Source: Candidatus Stammera capleta (GTDB lineage: Bacteria > Pseudomonadota > Gammaproteobacteria > Enterobacterales > Enterobacteriaceae). From it: a stretch of DNA of 64,000 nucleotides. Shown here one piece after another: positions 39,275 through 55,698 of the stretch; positions within the stretch are counted from its first letter, which is position 1, and every line of letters starts with the position of its first letter. The position numbers and the translations under genes were made by a program. The stretch is taken from positions 13,439 to 77,438 of the forward strand of contig CP062308.1 of assembly GCA_015134075.1 (NCBI GenBank), written 5' to 3'. The notes below the pieces were generated by a model. The model made no database searches and was not told the DNA's origin. It saw only the letters and a program-made list of their open reading frames with translations.

Positions 39275-40198
39275 ATGAAAAAAAAAATAAATATCATATT
39301 TGCAGGAAATAATAAATTTTCAATAAATCATTTAAAATATTTATTAAAATGTAAAGAATTTAATATTAAATATATAATAACTAAAAAAAAAAAAAAAATA
39401 AAAAAAATATTAAATAAAAAAAAAATAAAAATATTTGAAACAAAAACAATTGAAGAATTAAAAAATATAAAAAATAAAATTAAAAAAAATAATATAGACA
39501 TAGGAATATTAATTTCTTATGGATACAAAATCCCTGAATCAATAATAAATATACCTAAAAATGGATTTATAAATATACATGCATCATTATTACCAAGATG
39601 AAGGGGATCATCACCAATACAAAATAGTATATTATCAGGAGATAAAAAAACAGGAGTTACATTTATAAAAATAAATAAATATATAGATCAAGGAAAAATA
39701 ATATATCAAAAAAAATGTAAAATAAAAAATCATGATAACTATTTATCATTACTAAATAGAATACAAATAATTAGTATAAGATTAATTAAAAAAATAATAA
39801 TAAATTTTTATTTTAAAAAATATATATATAAAAAACAAAATAAAAAATATATTACATATGCAAAAAAAATAAAAAAAAAAGATGGACTAATAAAATGAAA
39901 AAAAAATAATGCTATAACTATATATAAAAAAATAAAAGCATTTTTTTTATGACCAAAAACATATTTTTATCACAAAAAAAAAATAATATTTATATGATCA
40001 ATAAAAATAATAAATAAAAAAAAAAAGGATAAACCAGGAAAAATATTAACTTATAACAAAAAAAAATTAATAATAAATACAATAACATATCCTATAGAAA
40101 TAAAAAAAATACAAATAAATAATAAAAAAATATTAAATATAATAGATTTTATTAATTCAAAAAAAAATTTTTTTAAAAAAGGAGAAATATTAAAATAA
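39275..40198 (+). CDS. fmt: methionyl-tRNA formyltransferase
   Basis: Track fragment 39275..39601 ends ..INIHASLLPR followed by TGA. It continues W RGSSPIQNSILSGDKKTGVTF.. (the HASLLPRWRG motif). Frame open to TAA 40196-40198. Confidence 0.92.
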
Positions 40199-40936
40199 TT
40201 TTTTTTGTCTTAATATTTCAAAAATAGAAATACCACATGCAACAGATAAATTTAAAGAATTTATATTTTTAATAGGTATATTAACTAATATATCGCATTT
40301 TTTTTTAATAGATTTTTTAATACCTTTATCTTCAGATCCTAATATTAATACTAAAGAATTAATTTTAGAAAAATTATAATTAAATATACAATTGTACTTC
40401 TCAATAGTTGTTCCAATAACAAAATATTTTTTATTTTTAAATATATTTATTATATTTGATATATTAGAATATTGAAATATAAAAGTTTTATATATTGAAC
40501 CAGAAGATGTTTTATGAACAATACTATTTTCTATAGAAACTGTATTATTTTTACTCACTATAATACCACTTATTCCTGAAGCTACTGCTGTTCTTATACA
40601 AGCTCCTAAATTATAAGGATTCATTATATTATTTAATATTAAAAAAAAACTATTCTTTTTTTTTATTCTATTTAAAAAATCATTTAATCTAAAATTAAAT
40701 ATATTTTTCTTAATAAAAACAATAACTCCTTGATGAGAAATATTTAATTTATTAAATTTCTTTTTAAAAATTTCAGGAGAAAAAACAATTAAATTAATTT
40801 TTTTATATAAAATTATTTTTTTTAAATTCATTAATTTAATATTTTTCTTCCTTAAACATAAAAAAACTTTTTCTATATAAGTATATTTATATTTTAATAA
40901 ATTTTTTACTGTATTAATACCATAAAATATATTCAT
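40190..40936 (-). CDS. rlmB: 23S rRNA 2'-O-methyltransferase, SpoU/TrmH family (RlmB-like)
   Basis: N-terminal IYGINTVKNLL.. (L30e-like domain), SpoU motifs ..NIMNPYNLGACIRTAVASG.. and ..LILGSEDKGI..NLSVACGISIFE; 248 aa. Confidence 0.8.
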   Translation of the reverse strand: MNIFYGINTVKNLLKYKYTYIEKVFLCLRKKNIKLMNLKKIILYKKINLIVFSPEIFKKKFNKLNISHQGVIVFIKKNIFNFRLNDFLNRIKKKNSFFLILNNIMNPYNLGACIRTAVASGISGIIVSKNNTVSIENSIVHKTSSGSIYKTFIFQYSNISNIINIFKNKKYFVIGTTIEKYNCIFNYNFSKINSLVLILGSEDKGIKKSIKKKCDILVNIPIKNINSLNLSVACGISIFEILRQKKLF

Positions 40937-40942
40937 AATTAT

Positions 40943-42205
40943 TTATAAATTAATAATAATATTAGGATATTTTTTTAAAAAAAAATAAAATTCATTTTTT
41001 GTTAAAAAAATTTTTAAAGTATAATATTTTTTAAAATTATTTCATTTTATATCACTAATTCTTTTTTTATATTCAGAATCATTAAATATATTAAATAAAT
41101 TTAAAGGAACAAATAAACTATATTTAGTAAATTTATTAAAAATATAATAATCAATAACTTTTTTAATAAAAATTATGCCTAATTCATTTTTAGCAGAAAT
41201 TCATACTTTTATAGGTTTATTATTAATATTAAATTCAATATTTTCTTTTAAACCATATATTTTATCTATTTTATTCATTACCAAAACAATAGGTATATTA
41301 TTAATATTTAAATCAGATAAAATTAAATTTACTATATTAATATAATTATTAAAATAAATATCAGAAATATCAACAATATGCAAAATAAGATCAGAATTTT
41401 TAATTTCTTGTAATGTACTTTTAAAAGCATTATATATAACAGGAGGTAAATTTCTAATAAAACCTATAGTATCTGATATTAAAACATTACAAAAAAATTT
41501 AAATTTAATTATCTTCTTAATATAAGTATCTAATGTAGTAAAAAAAGAATCCTTACTTTCTAAATTATATTTAGTAAGATAATTAAATAAAGTTGATTTT
41601 CCTGAATTAGTATATCCGACTAAAGATACTAAAGGTATTTTATTTTTATTTCTTAAAAATTTTTCTTTATTTTTATTTAAAATATTTTTATTTATTTTAT
41701 TTAAAACAAAATTAATTTTTTTTTTTATTATTCTTCTATCTATTTCAATTTGTTTTTCACCAGGACCAGAAATATATTTTGTTCCACCTTTTTGTCTTTC
41801 TAAATGAGTTCATTTTTTAATTAATCTAGTACTTAAATAATTTAAATATGCTAATTCCACTTGTAATTTACTATAAGTATCAATAGCTCTTTTTTTAAAT
41901 ATATTTAATATAATATTTATTCTATTTAATAAATTACAATTTAAAAATTTTTTTAAATTATATTCTTGTATACTTTTTAAAACAATATTTATCAATAATT
42001 GATTATATTTTTTTTTTTTAATAAGAAAAAAAATTTCATTTAATTTTCCAATACCAAAAAAATATTTTTTATTAATTTTTCTTATACGAATATAAATAAA
42101 TTTATTAATTAACATATCAGATGACTTAATAAGTTTAATAAACTCATTTTTTTCTATAAAATTAATTTTTTTAAAATAAATATAAATAACTAAATTTTTA
42201 ATCAT
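40943..42205 (-). CDS. hflX: GTPase HflX
   Basis: Track fragments 41201..41383 and 41810..42205 are in the same frame and the rest is open apart from TGA. ..LAYLNYLSTRLIKKW THLERQKGG..GPGEKQIEIDRR.. and G1 VGYTNSGKSTLFN. Confidence 0.9.
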
Positions 42206-43156
42206 TTAATAATTTTTTAACACACATTTTTTAATAAATTTATAAATTTTATTTATACAACTATTATAATTATTTAAATATATAACTTTAGAAAATTTTA
42301 ATCATTTTTTTAATCAAGTAATTTGTTTTTTAACCAAAAAATTAGTATTTTTTATACTTAAACTAATCATTTGTTTATAACTTATTTTTTTATCAAAATA
42401 TAATCACATTTGATTATAACCAATACGTTTCATAGAAGACATATTAATATTTAAATCTTTTCTATTATATAAACTTTTAACTTCTTCTTCAAAACCAATA
42501 TTTAACATATTTAAAAATCTATTTTTTATATTTAAAAATAATTTATTTTTATCTTTATTTAAAATTATTATTTTATAAATATTAAAATTTGCAAAAATCT
42601 TATTTTTTTTATAAAAAGACATATTTTTATTAGTAGAAAAATAAACTTCTAAATTTCTAATAATTCTATATTTATCATTAAAATGAATATTTTTAGCAGA
42701 ATTGTAATCTATTTTTCTAAAAAATTTATAAATACTTTTACAATCATATTTTTTAAATAAATTAGTAACATAATTACGAATATTATTATTTATATTTGGA
42801 ATATCATATAATCCATTAAATAAAACATTATAATACATCATTGTTCCACCAACAAGAATTGGTATTTTTTTATTTAAAAATGCACAATATATTTCTTTAT
42901 TAACATCATAAAAAAAATCACTAACAGAATATGATTTTTTAGGATCTAAAATATTAACTAATTTATGAGGATAAATAGATAACTCTTTCAAAGAAGGTTT
43001 AGCTGTACCTATATTCATTTCTTTATAAATTAAACCAGAATCAACACTAATTATTTCTATAGGAAAAGGTAATAAATTATATAATTCCATAATCATTAAA
43101 GTTTTACCAATTCCAGTAGGACCTAATATACAAAAAACTTTAATATCATTATTCAT
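42206..43156 (-). CDS. miaA: tRNA dimethylallyltransferase
   Basis: P-loop ILGPTGIGKT.. The track ORF ends at TGA 42404-42406 and the frame continues to TAA 42206-42208. 316 aa, as in E. coli. The stop abuts the hflX ATG. Confidence 0.9.
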
Positions 43157-43393
43157 AAAATATATAAATAAATATAAAATATTAAAATTTAAATATACAC
43201 TATATATATTTAATTATAGAAATACAAATAAATAAAATATTTTTTTAAAAATTAATCATATAATTTAATTATAATTTAAAATAAAAAATAAAATTAAAAT
43301 ATTTAATAAAATTAATTTAAACATTATTTGTTTAAAAATTAAAATAATTTAAAATTAATATTATTTTAAATATTTATTTAAAAATAAAATCTA

Positions 43394-43852
43394 TTAAAAA
43401 TTACTTAAATATTTTTTATATAAATAATTATAATAATTTACAATTATAATACGTTTATCTAATTTTAAATAACTAAATTTTAAATAAAAAGTAGGTTTAG
43501 GTAAATAGTTAATAAATTTATCAGGTCATTCAACTAAACAAATATTATCGTTATTAAAATATGAATAAATATCTATATCAAATAATTCATTAAAAGATAA
43601 TAATCTATAAAAATCAAAATGAAAAACATTAAAAAACTTAAGATTATATATATTTACTAAAGAATAAGTTGGACTTTTTATAATACCTTTATAACCTAAT
43701 TTTTTAACTAAAAAATTACAAAAAAAAGATTTACCACAACCTAAAGGACCACTTAAATATAAAAAATTACCTTTATTTAAAAAAAAAGAAAACTTTTCAG
43801 ATATAAAACGCATTTTTTTTATATTATTTATATATATAATTTTACTAAACAT
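43394..43852 (-). CDS. tsaE: tRNA t6A37 biosynthesis ATPase TsaE
   Basis: LSGPLGCGKSFF.., SPTYSLVNIY, HFDFYRL, and ..CLVE followed by TGA then PDK (the conserved EWP). 152 aa. Confidence 0.85.
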
Positions 43853-43854
43853 AA

Positions 43855-43927
43855 AGCGGAAAACGAGACTCGAACTCGCGACCTTAACCTTGGCAAGGTT
43901 ACACTCTACCAGCTGAGCTATTTCCGC
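43855..43927 (-). tRNA. tRNA-Gly (anticodon GCC; plus-strand ggc at 43892-43894)
   Basis: The reverse complement reads GCGGAAATAGCTCAGCTGGTAGAGTGTAACCTTGCCAAGGTTAAGGTCGCGAGTTCGAGTCTCGTTTTCCGC+U, a standard cloverleaf. No encoded CCA. Confidence 0.9.
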
Positions 43928-44474
43928 AATTAAAATTAAAAATTTTTTTTTTATAAAAAATTAATTCTTTAATAGATTCTTTAACATCAAAAAAAGCCAT
44001 ATGAGTATTTTTTTTTTTAAAATTATATAAAATAGAAGGATTTCATCTAATAACTAATTCTCTTATAGTACTAACATCTATATACCTATAATGAAAATAA
44101 CTTTCTAATTTAGGCATATAATTAAATAAAAACCTTCTATCTTGAGCTATTGTACTACCACATATTGGAGAACAACCTTTAGGTACTAATTTTTTTAAAA
44201 ATTCTATAGTAATAAATTCTGCTTTTTTTTCATTTAAAAAACTATTTTTTACTCTATTTATAAGACCAGTTTTATTATGAATATTTAAATTTCATTTATT
44301 CATATTAGAAAGATATATATTTTTTTGATATATAGCAATATTTGGACCTTCTTTTAAAATATTTAAATTAAAATCTGTAACTAAAGTAAAAATTTCTAAA
44401 ATTCTATCTTTTTCAGGATTTAAACCTGTCATTTCTAAATCAATTCAAATTAAATTATTTTTATTATATAGCAT
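43899..44474 (-). CDS. orn: oligoribonuclease (reading frame runs into tRNA-Gly)
   Basis: Hand translation gives [34 protein letters not shown]...[45 protein letters not shown].., collinear with E. coli Orn. As given, there is no stop before TAA 43899-43901, which lies inside the tRNA-Gly gene. Confidence 0.88.
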
Positions 44475-44497
44475 TTTTTTTAAAAAAAATAAATATA

Positions 44498-44571
44498 CGG
44501 TACGAACGGGGCTCGAACCCGTGACCTCCAGCGTGACAGGCTGATATTCTAACCAACTGAACTACCGTACC
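44498..44571 (-). tRNA. tRNA-Asp (anticodon GTC; plus-strand gac at 44535-44537)
   Basis: The reverse complement reads GGTACGGTAGTTCAGTTGGTTAGAATATCAGCCTGTCACGCTGGAGGTCACGGGTTCGAGCCCCGTTCGTACC+G, close to E. coli tRNA-Asp. It lies distal to the 5S rRNA. Confidence 0.9.
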
Positions 44572-44575
44572 AAAA

Positions 44576-44688
44576 ATTTCTGGCAGTGTCTTACTCTCGC
44601 ATAAATACACTACCATTAGCGCTATAACATTTCACTTCTGAGTTCGGAATGGTTTCAGGTGGTTCTATTATGCTATTACCGCCAGAAA
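44576..44688 (-). rRNA. rrf: 5S rRNA
   Basis: The reverse complement reads TTTCTGGCGG...CCGAACTCAGAAGTGAAA...ATGCGAGAGTAAGACACTGCCAGAAAT, which aligns end to end with E. coli 5S, with a shortened internal helix. Confidence 0.9.
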
Positions 44689-44711
44689 ATATAAAACATT
44701 TTTAGGTTGCG

Positions 44712-47633
<2,922 letters not shown>

Positions 47634-47662
47634 CGCAACCTAAAAATGTCTTGAATACAAAA

Positions 47663-47678
47663 TTTTAAAAGAACAAAA
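47663..47678 (-). promoter_or_regulatory. boxA-like antitermination element in the spacer upstream of 23S
   Basis: The minus strand reads TTTTGTTCTTTTAAAA, identical to the 16-mer at 49437-49452. The core TGTTCTTTTAAAA matches E. coli boxA TGCTCTTTAACAA at 10 of 13 positions. It lies between tRNA-Glu and the 23S stem, as in E. coli. Confidence 0.55.
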
Positions 47679-47679
47679 A

Positions 47680-47751
47680 CGTCCTCTAGGGGACTCGAAC
47701 CCCTGTTATCGCCGTGAAAGAGCGATGTCCTATCCTTTAGACGAAGAAGAC
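47680..47751 (-). tRNA. tRNA-Glu (anticodon TTC; plus-strand gaa at 47716-47718) in the 16S-23S spacer
   Basis: The reverse complement reads GTCTTCTTCGTCTAAAGGATAGGACATCGCTCTTTCACGGCGATAACAGGGGTTCGAGTCCCCTAGAGGAC+G, very close to E. coli tRNA-Glu. Confidence 0.9.
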
Positions 47752-47794
47752 ACAATAAAATAAATATATGAAACGCCTGCAAAATATTATTTAA

Positions 47795-49346
<1,552 letters not shown>

Positions 49347-49436
49347 AAAACTACAACCTATTTTTTAAATAAACATCATTTAAAAAATAAGAAAATTCTT
49401 ATTAATTATTTTGCAAGCGCTCATATAAACTATTTA

Positions 49437-49452
49437 TTTTAAAAGAACAAAA
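49437..49452 (-). promoter_or_regulatory. boxA-like antitermination element in the rRNA leader
   Basis: The same 16-mer as 47663-47678, about 90 nt upstream of the 16S 5' end and just upstream of the 16S processing-stem strand. Confidence 0.55.
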
Positions 49453-49594
49453 TACACTTATAACTTATAAAACAAATATATTAATAAATATAACAAGAAA
49501 AAAAAAATAAAACAAGTAAAAAAAAATAAAATATTTAAATTAATTTTAAATAACTAAAATATAAATATTAAATAAATAAATATAATATATTAAA

Positions 49595-50053
49595 CTAATT
49601 ATTTAATGATACAATATTTAAAATAAAATTAATTGTATATTTTTTATATAAAGAAATATTTACAATATATTCACCTAAATATTTTATTTTTCCTCCCATT
49701 ATAGATACACATTTTCTAGATATTTTATAATTTATATTTTTAGAAATTATATTACATATATCTAATGAATTTAAAGAACCAAATAATTTACCATTATCAC
49801 TACATCTAAAACTTAATTTTAATGGAGATAATTTCAATATCTTATTATATATTTTTTTATATTCTTTATTTTTTTTATCTATATTATCTTTATTTAATAA
49901 ATTTTCTTTACTAAATTTATTTAAATTATATTTACAAGCATATAAAACATAACCATAAGGAATAAGATAATTTCTTGCATAACCAGATTTAACTTTTATA
50001 ATATCACCAATATTACCTAACAAAAATTTTTTTAAAATTATAACTTTAATCAT
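49595..50053 (-). CDS. rplI: 50S ribosomal protein L9
   Basis: [36 protein letters not shown]..; TAG stop. Confidence 0.92.
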   Translation of the reverse strand: MIKVIILKKFLLGNIGDIIKVKSGYARNYLIPYGYVLYACKYNLNKFSKENLLNKDNIDKKNKEYKKIYNKILKLSPLKLSFRCSDNGKLFGSLNSLDICNIISKNINYKISRKCVSIMGGKIKYLGEYIVNISLYKKYTINFILNIVSLNN

Positions 50054-50054
50054 A

Positions 50055-50294
50055 TTAAACCTTTAAATTAGAATGCAAATCAGTATAAGGAAGTAAAGCT
50101 AAATATCTAGCTCTTTTAATAGCTATTGATAATTTTCTTTGATATTTAGAAGAAATTCCTGTTATTCTAGAAGGTATTATTTTATTACATTCACTAATAA
50201 AATCTTTTAATAAATTAATATCTTTATAATCTATATATTTCATTTTTTTAAAAACAAAACGAGAATATTTTTTATTTCTATAAAAATTAAACAT
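50055..50294 (-). CDS. rpsR: 30S ribosomal protein S18
   Basis: ..[52 protein letters not shown].. Confidence 0.95.
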   Translation of the reverse strand: MFNFYRNKKYSRFVFKKMKYIDYKDINLLKDFISECNKIIPSRITGISSKYQRKLSIAIKRARYLALLPYTDLHSNLKV

Positions 50295-50310
50295 AATTAA
50301 ACCTTTTAAA

Positions 50311-50631
50311 TTATTTTTTTTTTAATATCATTATTGATGGATTTTTTTCTATATTTTTTTTTCTTAAAACCATAAATCTTAATATATTATTATTAACTTT
50401 CAAATCCTTAATAATAGAATCAATAAAATTTTTATTTATAGATATATTCATTAAAATATAATAAGCTTTGCAATAATTCTTAATATTATAAGATAAATAT
50501 CTTAAACCCCAATTTTCTAATCTATCAATTTTACCATTACTATTAATAATATTTGAATAATATTTAATAATATCATCTACTAAAGATCCTTTATCAGGAT
50601 ATATCATAAAAACAATTTCATAATGAAACAT
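50311..50631 (-). CDS. rpsF: 30S ribosomal protein S6
   Basis: [13 protein letters not shown].. and ..[12 protein letters not shown]..; upstream of rpsR. Confidence 0.9.
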   Translation of the reverse strand: MFHYEIVFMIYPDKGSLVDDIIKYYSNIINSNGKIDRLENWGLRYLSYNIKNYCKAYYILMNISINKNFIDSIIKDLKVNNNILRFMVLRKKNIEKNPSIMILKKK

Positions 50632-50732
50632 CTATATTCCTAAACTTAAATTTAATAAAATTAAACATATATTTATTATATATAATATAATTAATATTAT
50701 TTAAAAATTAAAATCTTAACAAAATAAAATTT

Positions 50733-51116
50733 TTAACGTTTTGAATACTGAGGTCTACAACGAGATTTACGAAAACCATATTTTTTTCTCTCAACAGACC
50801 TAGAATCACGTGTCAAAAAACCACAAATTTTTAATTTACTTCTTAAAGATAAATCATATTTTAAAATAACTCTACTAATACCATGTCTTACAGCAACAGC
50901 TTGTCCATAAATACCTCCACCTTTAACAGTAATATAAAAATCAAATTTATTTAAAAAATTATCAATAACAAAAAATGGTTGTAAAATAATCTTTTGCATA
51001 ATAATAAAAAAAAAATACTTTTTAAAATCAATTTTATTTATAATAATATTACCATTACCTTCTTTCATAAAAACTCTAGCAGAAGAAGTTTTACGACGAC
51101 CAGTACTATATAACAT
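50733..51116 (-). CDS. rpsI: 30S ribosomal protein S9
   Basis: ..[17 protein letters not shown].. with the C terminus ..[12 protein letters not shown]. Confidence 0.95.
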   Translation of the reverse strand: MLYSTGRRKTSSARVFMKEGNGNIIINKIDFKKYFFFIIMQKIILQPFFVIDNFLNKFDFYITVKGGGIYGQAVAVRHGISRVILKYDLSLRSKLKICGFLTRDSRSVERKKYGFRKSRCRPQYSKR

Positions 51117-51128
51117 AAATAATTATCC

Positions 51129-51536
51129 TTAAATTTTAACTAAAACTGGTTTATGAGAATTATATATATGATTAGAATAATTAAAAACTCTTAATCTTTT
51201 TAAAAAACATCTACCTAAAGTATTTTTAGGTAACATACCATAAACTGATTTTCTTATAATATATTCAGGAGATTTTTTAAACATATTTTCAAAAGAAATA
51301 CTCTTTAAATTTCCAACATAACCACTATGACGATAATAAATTTTTTTTTTAAATTTTTTTCCAGTAACAACAATTTTATTAATATTTATTAAAATTACAA
51401 AATTTCCACCATCTTTATAAGGTAAATAATTAGATTTATTTTTACCCATAAGATAATAAACAACTCTAGTAATTAATCTACCTAAAACTTTATTACTAGA
51501 ATCAATTAAATATCATTTTCTAAAAGAAATATTCAT
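51129..51536 (-). CDS. rplM: 50S ribosomal protein L13
   Basis: Track fragment plus 29 upstream codons MNISFRKW YLIDSSNKVLGRLITRVVYYL.. (E. coli ..RDWYVVDATGKTLGRLA..). Confidence 0.93.
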
Positions 51537-51557
51537 ATATATACCATTAATATATAA

Positions 51558-53009
51558 TTAATTTATACCACCAACAATCATAGAACTTATTTTTAAAGAA
51601 GGTTGACCTATACCAACAGGAATATTTTGATTATCTTTACCACAAGTTCCAGATCCATAATCAAATTTTAAATCATTTGCAACCATAGTTATATTATTCA
51701 TAACATTAATACCAGATCCTATTAAAGTAACATTTTTAATAGGTTTAGAAATTAATCCATTTTTAATTAAATAACCTTCTAAAACAGTAAATACAAATTT
51801 ACCAGATGTAATATCAACCTGACCACCTAATAAACTAACAATATATAAACCATAATCAATACTATTAATTAAATCATTAAAATTATTTTTACCAGATAAT
51901 AAATATGTATTAGTCATTCTTGGTAAAGGTAAATGAGCATAAGATTCTCTTCTAGAATTTCCTGTACTATTAAAACCTAATAATTTAGAATTCAATTTAT
52001 CAAACATAAAAGATTTCAAAATACCATTCTCAATAAGAATATTTTTTTTAGATAAAACACCTTCATCATCTATATTCAATGAACCTCTTAAACCATATAC
52101 AGTACCATCATCAACTACAGTACATAAACTTGAAGCAACTTTTTTATTTAAAAGTTCTGAATAAATAGAAGATTTTTTCCTAATAAAATCACCCTCTAAA
52201 CCATGACCAACAGCTTCATGAAATAAAACTCCTGGAGATCCAGAACCTAAAACTACAGGCATAGATCCAGCAGAAGGAACTATAGCATTTAAATTATTTT
52301 CAGCTATTCTTAAAGATTCACTTGCTAAATATTCTACAAAAGAAACTCCATTTACAATTTTATTTAATAAATTTTCATATGAATAACGACCACCTCCACT
52401 ACATATACCAATTCCTTTATTATAATTTTTTTCAACTTGAACTTTAAAAAAAATATTAACCAAAGGTCTTACATCACCAATAAAAATATCATCACTAGAA
52501 ACAATTAAAATAATCTCATAACTATTTACTAAATTTATACCAACATAATTAACAAATAAATTTTTTTTTCTAATAAAATTATCTAAATATAACAATAAAT
52601 CTATTTTTGATTTATTTAAATTAAAATTAATAGAAGAAAAATTTTCATAATTATTAAATAAATAATTATAAAAATTTAAATTTATTTTTTTATTAATAAT
52701 TTTATTTAAACAAAATAACTTTACCTTATTTACACATTTTATTAAAGAATTTAAACTTATTTCATTAGAATAAGAAAAATAAGTTTTTTCATGATCAACA
52801 ATACGAACACTTAAACCACTAATATTTTTCAAAAAATTATTTTTCAATATTCTATTTTCTAAATAAAAATTTTCTAAAACTAAATTTTGAAAATAAATTT
52901 CACTATATATATTATTATTAAAATATAAATCAGATAAAATATCAAATAAATTATTTTCAGAAATTTTATTCTTAAATAGAATACTTTCATAAATTATATT
53001 TTTCAACAT
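51558..53009 (-). CDS. tldD: TldD-family metalloprotease
   Basis: 483 aa with the HEAVGHGLEGD zinc motif. The length and C-terminal ..GQPSLKISSMIVGG match TldD. Confidence 0.85.
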   Translation of the reverse strand: MLKNIIYESILFKNKISENNLFDILSDLYFNNNIYSEIYFQNLVLENFYLENRILKNNFLKNISGLSVRIVDHEKTYFSYSNEISLNSLIKCVNKVKLFCLNKIINKKINLNFYNYLFNNYENFSSINFNLNKSKIDLLLYLDNFIRKKNLFVNYVGINLVNSYEIILIVSSDDIFIGDVRPLVNIFFKVQVEKNYNKGIGICSGGGRYSYENLLNKIVNGVSFVEYLASESLRIAENNLNAIVPSAGSMPVVLGSGSPGVLFHEAVGHGLEGDFIRKKSSIYSELLNKKVASSLCTVVDDGTVYGLRGSLNIDDEGVLSKKNILIENGILKSFMFDKLNSKLLGFNSTGNSRRESYAHLPLPRMTNTYLLSGKNNFNDLINSIDYGLYIVSLLGGQVDITSGKFVFTVLEGYLIKNGLISKPIKNVTLIGSGINVMNNITMVANDLKFDYGSGTCGKDNQNIPVGIGQPSLKISSMIVGGIN

Positions 53010-53017
53010 AAAACCTC

Positions 53018-53524
53018 TTATTTAGTAATAATCTTATAAAATTTATTACTAAATAATAACTTAATTATAAAAAACCATAAAAGAGTATCTAATAAAACAT
53101 TAAAAATAAAATATAAATTAAATTTATAATTTAATAAAAAACAATCAAAAATTAAAGAAAAAAAATTTAAAAAAAAATTAAAAAATAAAACAATAAAAAA
53201 AATTTCTATATTTAAAAAATAAAAAAAATTAAATCTAATATACGAAATTATATAAGAAGATAATAAATATATTAAAATATTCTTACCTAATATGCATCCA
53301 AATAATATATCAACTAAAAAACCAAATAAAAAATTAAAAAAAAAATATTTAATATCTTTAATATAAAAAAATATAATGTAAATATAAAAAATATTTAAAA
53401 AAGAAGGATATATATTTATTTTTTTTATAAAAAAATTAATAAAATTAAAAAAAATACACAAAATAAATAAAAAAAACAAAAAACAATAAATATTATATTT
53501 ACTATATATAGAATTTAAAAACAT
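53018..53524 (-). CDS. mreD: rod shape-determining protein MreD (by position and topology)
   Basis: 168-aa polytopic hydrophobic ORF immediately downstream of mreC. The sequence is too divergent for a motif-level call. Confidence 0.55.
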   Translation of the reverse strand: MFLNSIYSKYNIYCFLFFLFILCIFFNFINFFIKKINIYPSFLNIFYIYIIFFYIKDIKYFFFNFLFGFLVDILFGCILGKNILIYLLSSYIISYIRFNFFYFLNIEIFFIVLFFNFFLNFFSLIFDCFLLNYKFNLYFIFNVLLDTLLWFFIIKLLFSNKFYKIITK

Positions 53525-53563
53525 TTTTTTTTTTTATTTTAAATTATATTTTATATAACTAAT

Positions 53564-54352
53564 TTAAATTAAAACTCCAAATTCTAACTTATTATATCTA
53601 ATAAAAGATTTAACATTAGCTCTCATACAACCACAATTCTTATCTAAATAAATATTCTTCACTATTCCTATAGGATAATTAACAAAAACATTAGAATTTA
53701 AAGAATAAATAACAATAATATCTCCTTTTTTAATATCAAAATTAAAAGGAATATCATATATTTTCATATCATTTAAACAACCAAAACCTAATACAATAAC
53801 TTCTTCATTATTTCTAAAAATTTTACCAAAAATACCACTATTTTTATGACATATTAACTCTAATTCAGCTACATTTTTATTAAATCCAATAACTTTCCCT
53901 AATATACCTATTCCATTAAAAAATAAATTACCATAATTAATATAACTATTATTAATAGAACTAACAAATAATTTATCATTATCACCTAATTTAAAAGAAA
54001 TTAACTTAACAATAGTGAAATTTTTTCTTTTCAAAACATATGTATCTAAAATACTACTTAATTTATTTTTTTCTTCTATAAAATTATTTAACATATGTAA
54101 TTTATTTTTTAAAACTATATTCTCTTTATTAAGAGAAATATTTTTATAAATTAAATTATTAATATTATTTAAATACTTTTTTTTATCATTAATATAAATA
54201 CTAAATTTATTAAAAAAATCATAAAAAATAAAATTAACTTTTCTAAAACAAAATTTAATACCATTTAAACAATTAAAATGTAAATCACATAAAATTAATA
54301 AAAAAGATAAAAAAACAAAAAATAAAAAATTATAGTTTTTATTTGAAAACAT
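53564..54352 (-). CDS. mreC: rod shape-determining protein MreC
   Basis: N-terminal TM segment, a coiled-coil stretch (..NKENIVLKNKLHMLNNFIEEKNKL..) and a beta-rich C-terminal domain (..GIGILGKVIG..PIGIV..); between mreB and mreD. Confidence 0.72.
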   Translation of the reverse strand: MFSNKNYNFLFFVFLSFLLILCDLHFNCLNGIKFCFRKVNFIFYDFFNKFSIYINDKKKYLNNINNLIYKNISLNKENIVLKNKLHMLNNFIEEKNKLSSILDTYVLKRKNFTIVKLISFKLGDNDKLFVSSINNSYINYGNLFFNGIGILGKVIGFNKNVAELELICHKNSGIFGKIFRNNEEVIVLGFGCLNDMKIYDIPFNFDIKKGDIIVIYSLNSNVFVNYPIGIVKNIYLDKNCGCMRANVKSFIRYNKLEFGVLI

Positions 54353-54384
54353 AAAATAATTCTTCTAAAAATTAAATAATATTA

Positions 54385-55434
<1,050 letters not shown>

Positions 55435-55698
55435 TTACCTAATTAAACATAATTATAAATAAATAATTATAAATATAAAATTAATAAAAATTAAAAAACA
55501 AACTATCTTTAATAAATATTTAATATTAAAATGAATATACAATTAATATTGTTTTGAAAAATAATAAAACACTTTTAAATTATTTTTTTTACTTTAAAAA
55601 AAATATAATATATATATTTAATTATATCAAAATATTAATTTAATTTATTAGCATTTTGAATAATAATATATATAAATTAATTCAAATGGTATATTAAA

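Noticed and set aside
43157-43393. The 237-bp gap between tsaE and miaA as a hidden gene or sRNA.
   Set aside because: It is pure A/T with no ORF, no G+C island and no stem I could see. The best interpretation is a deletion scar at the amiB-mutL position.
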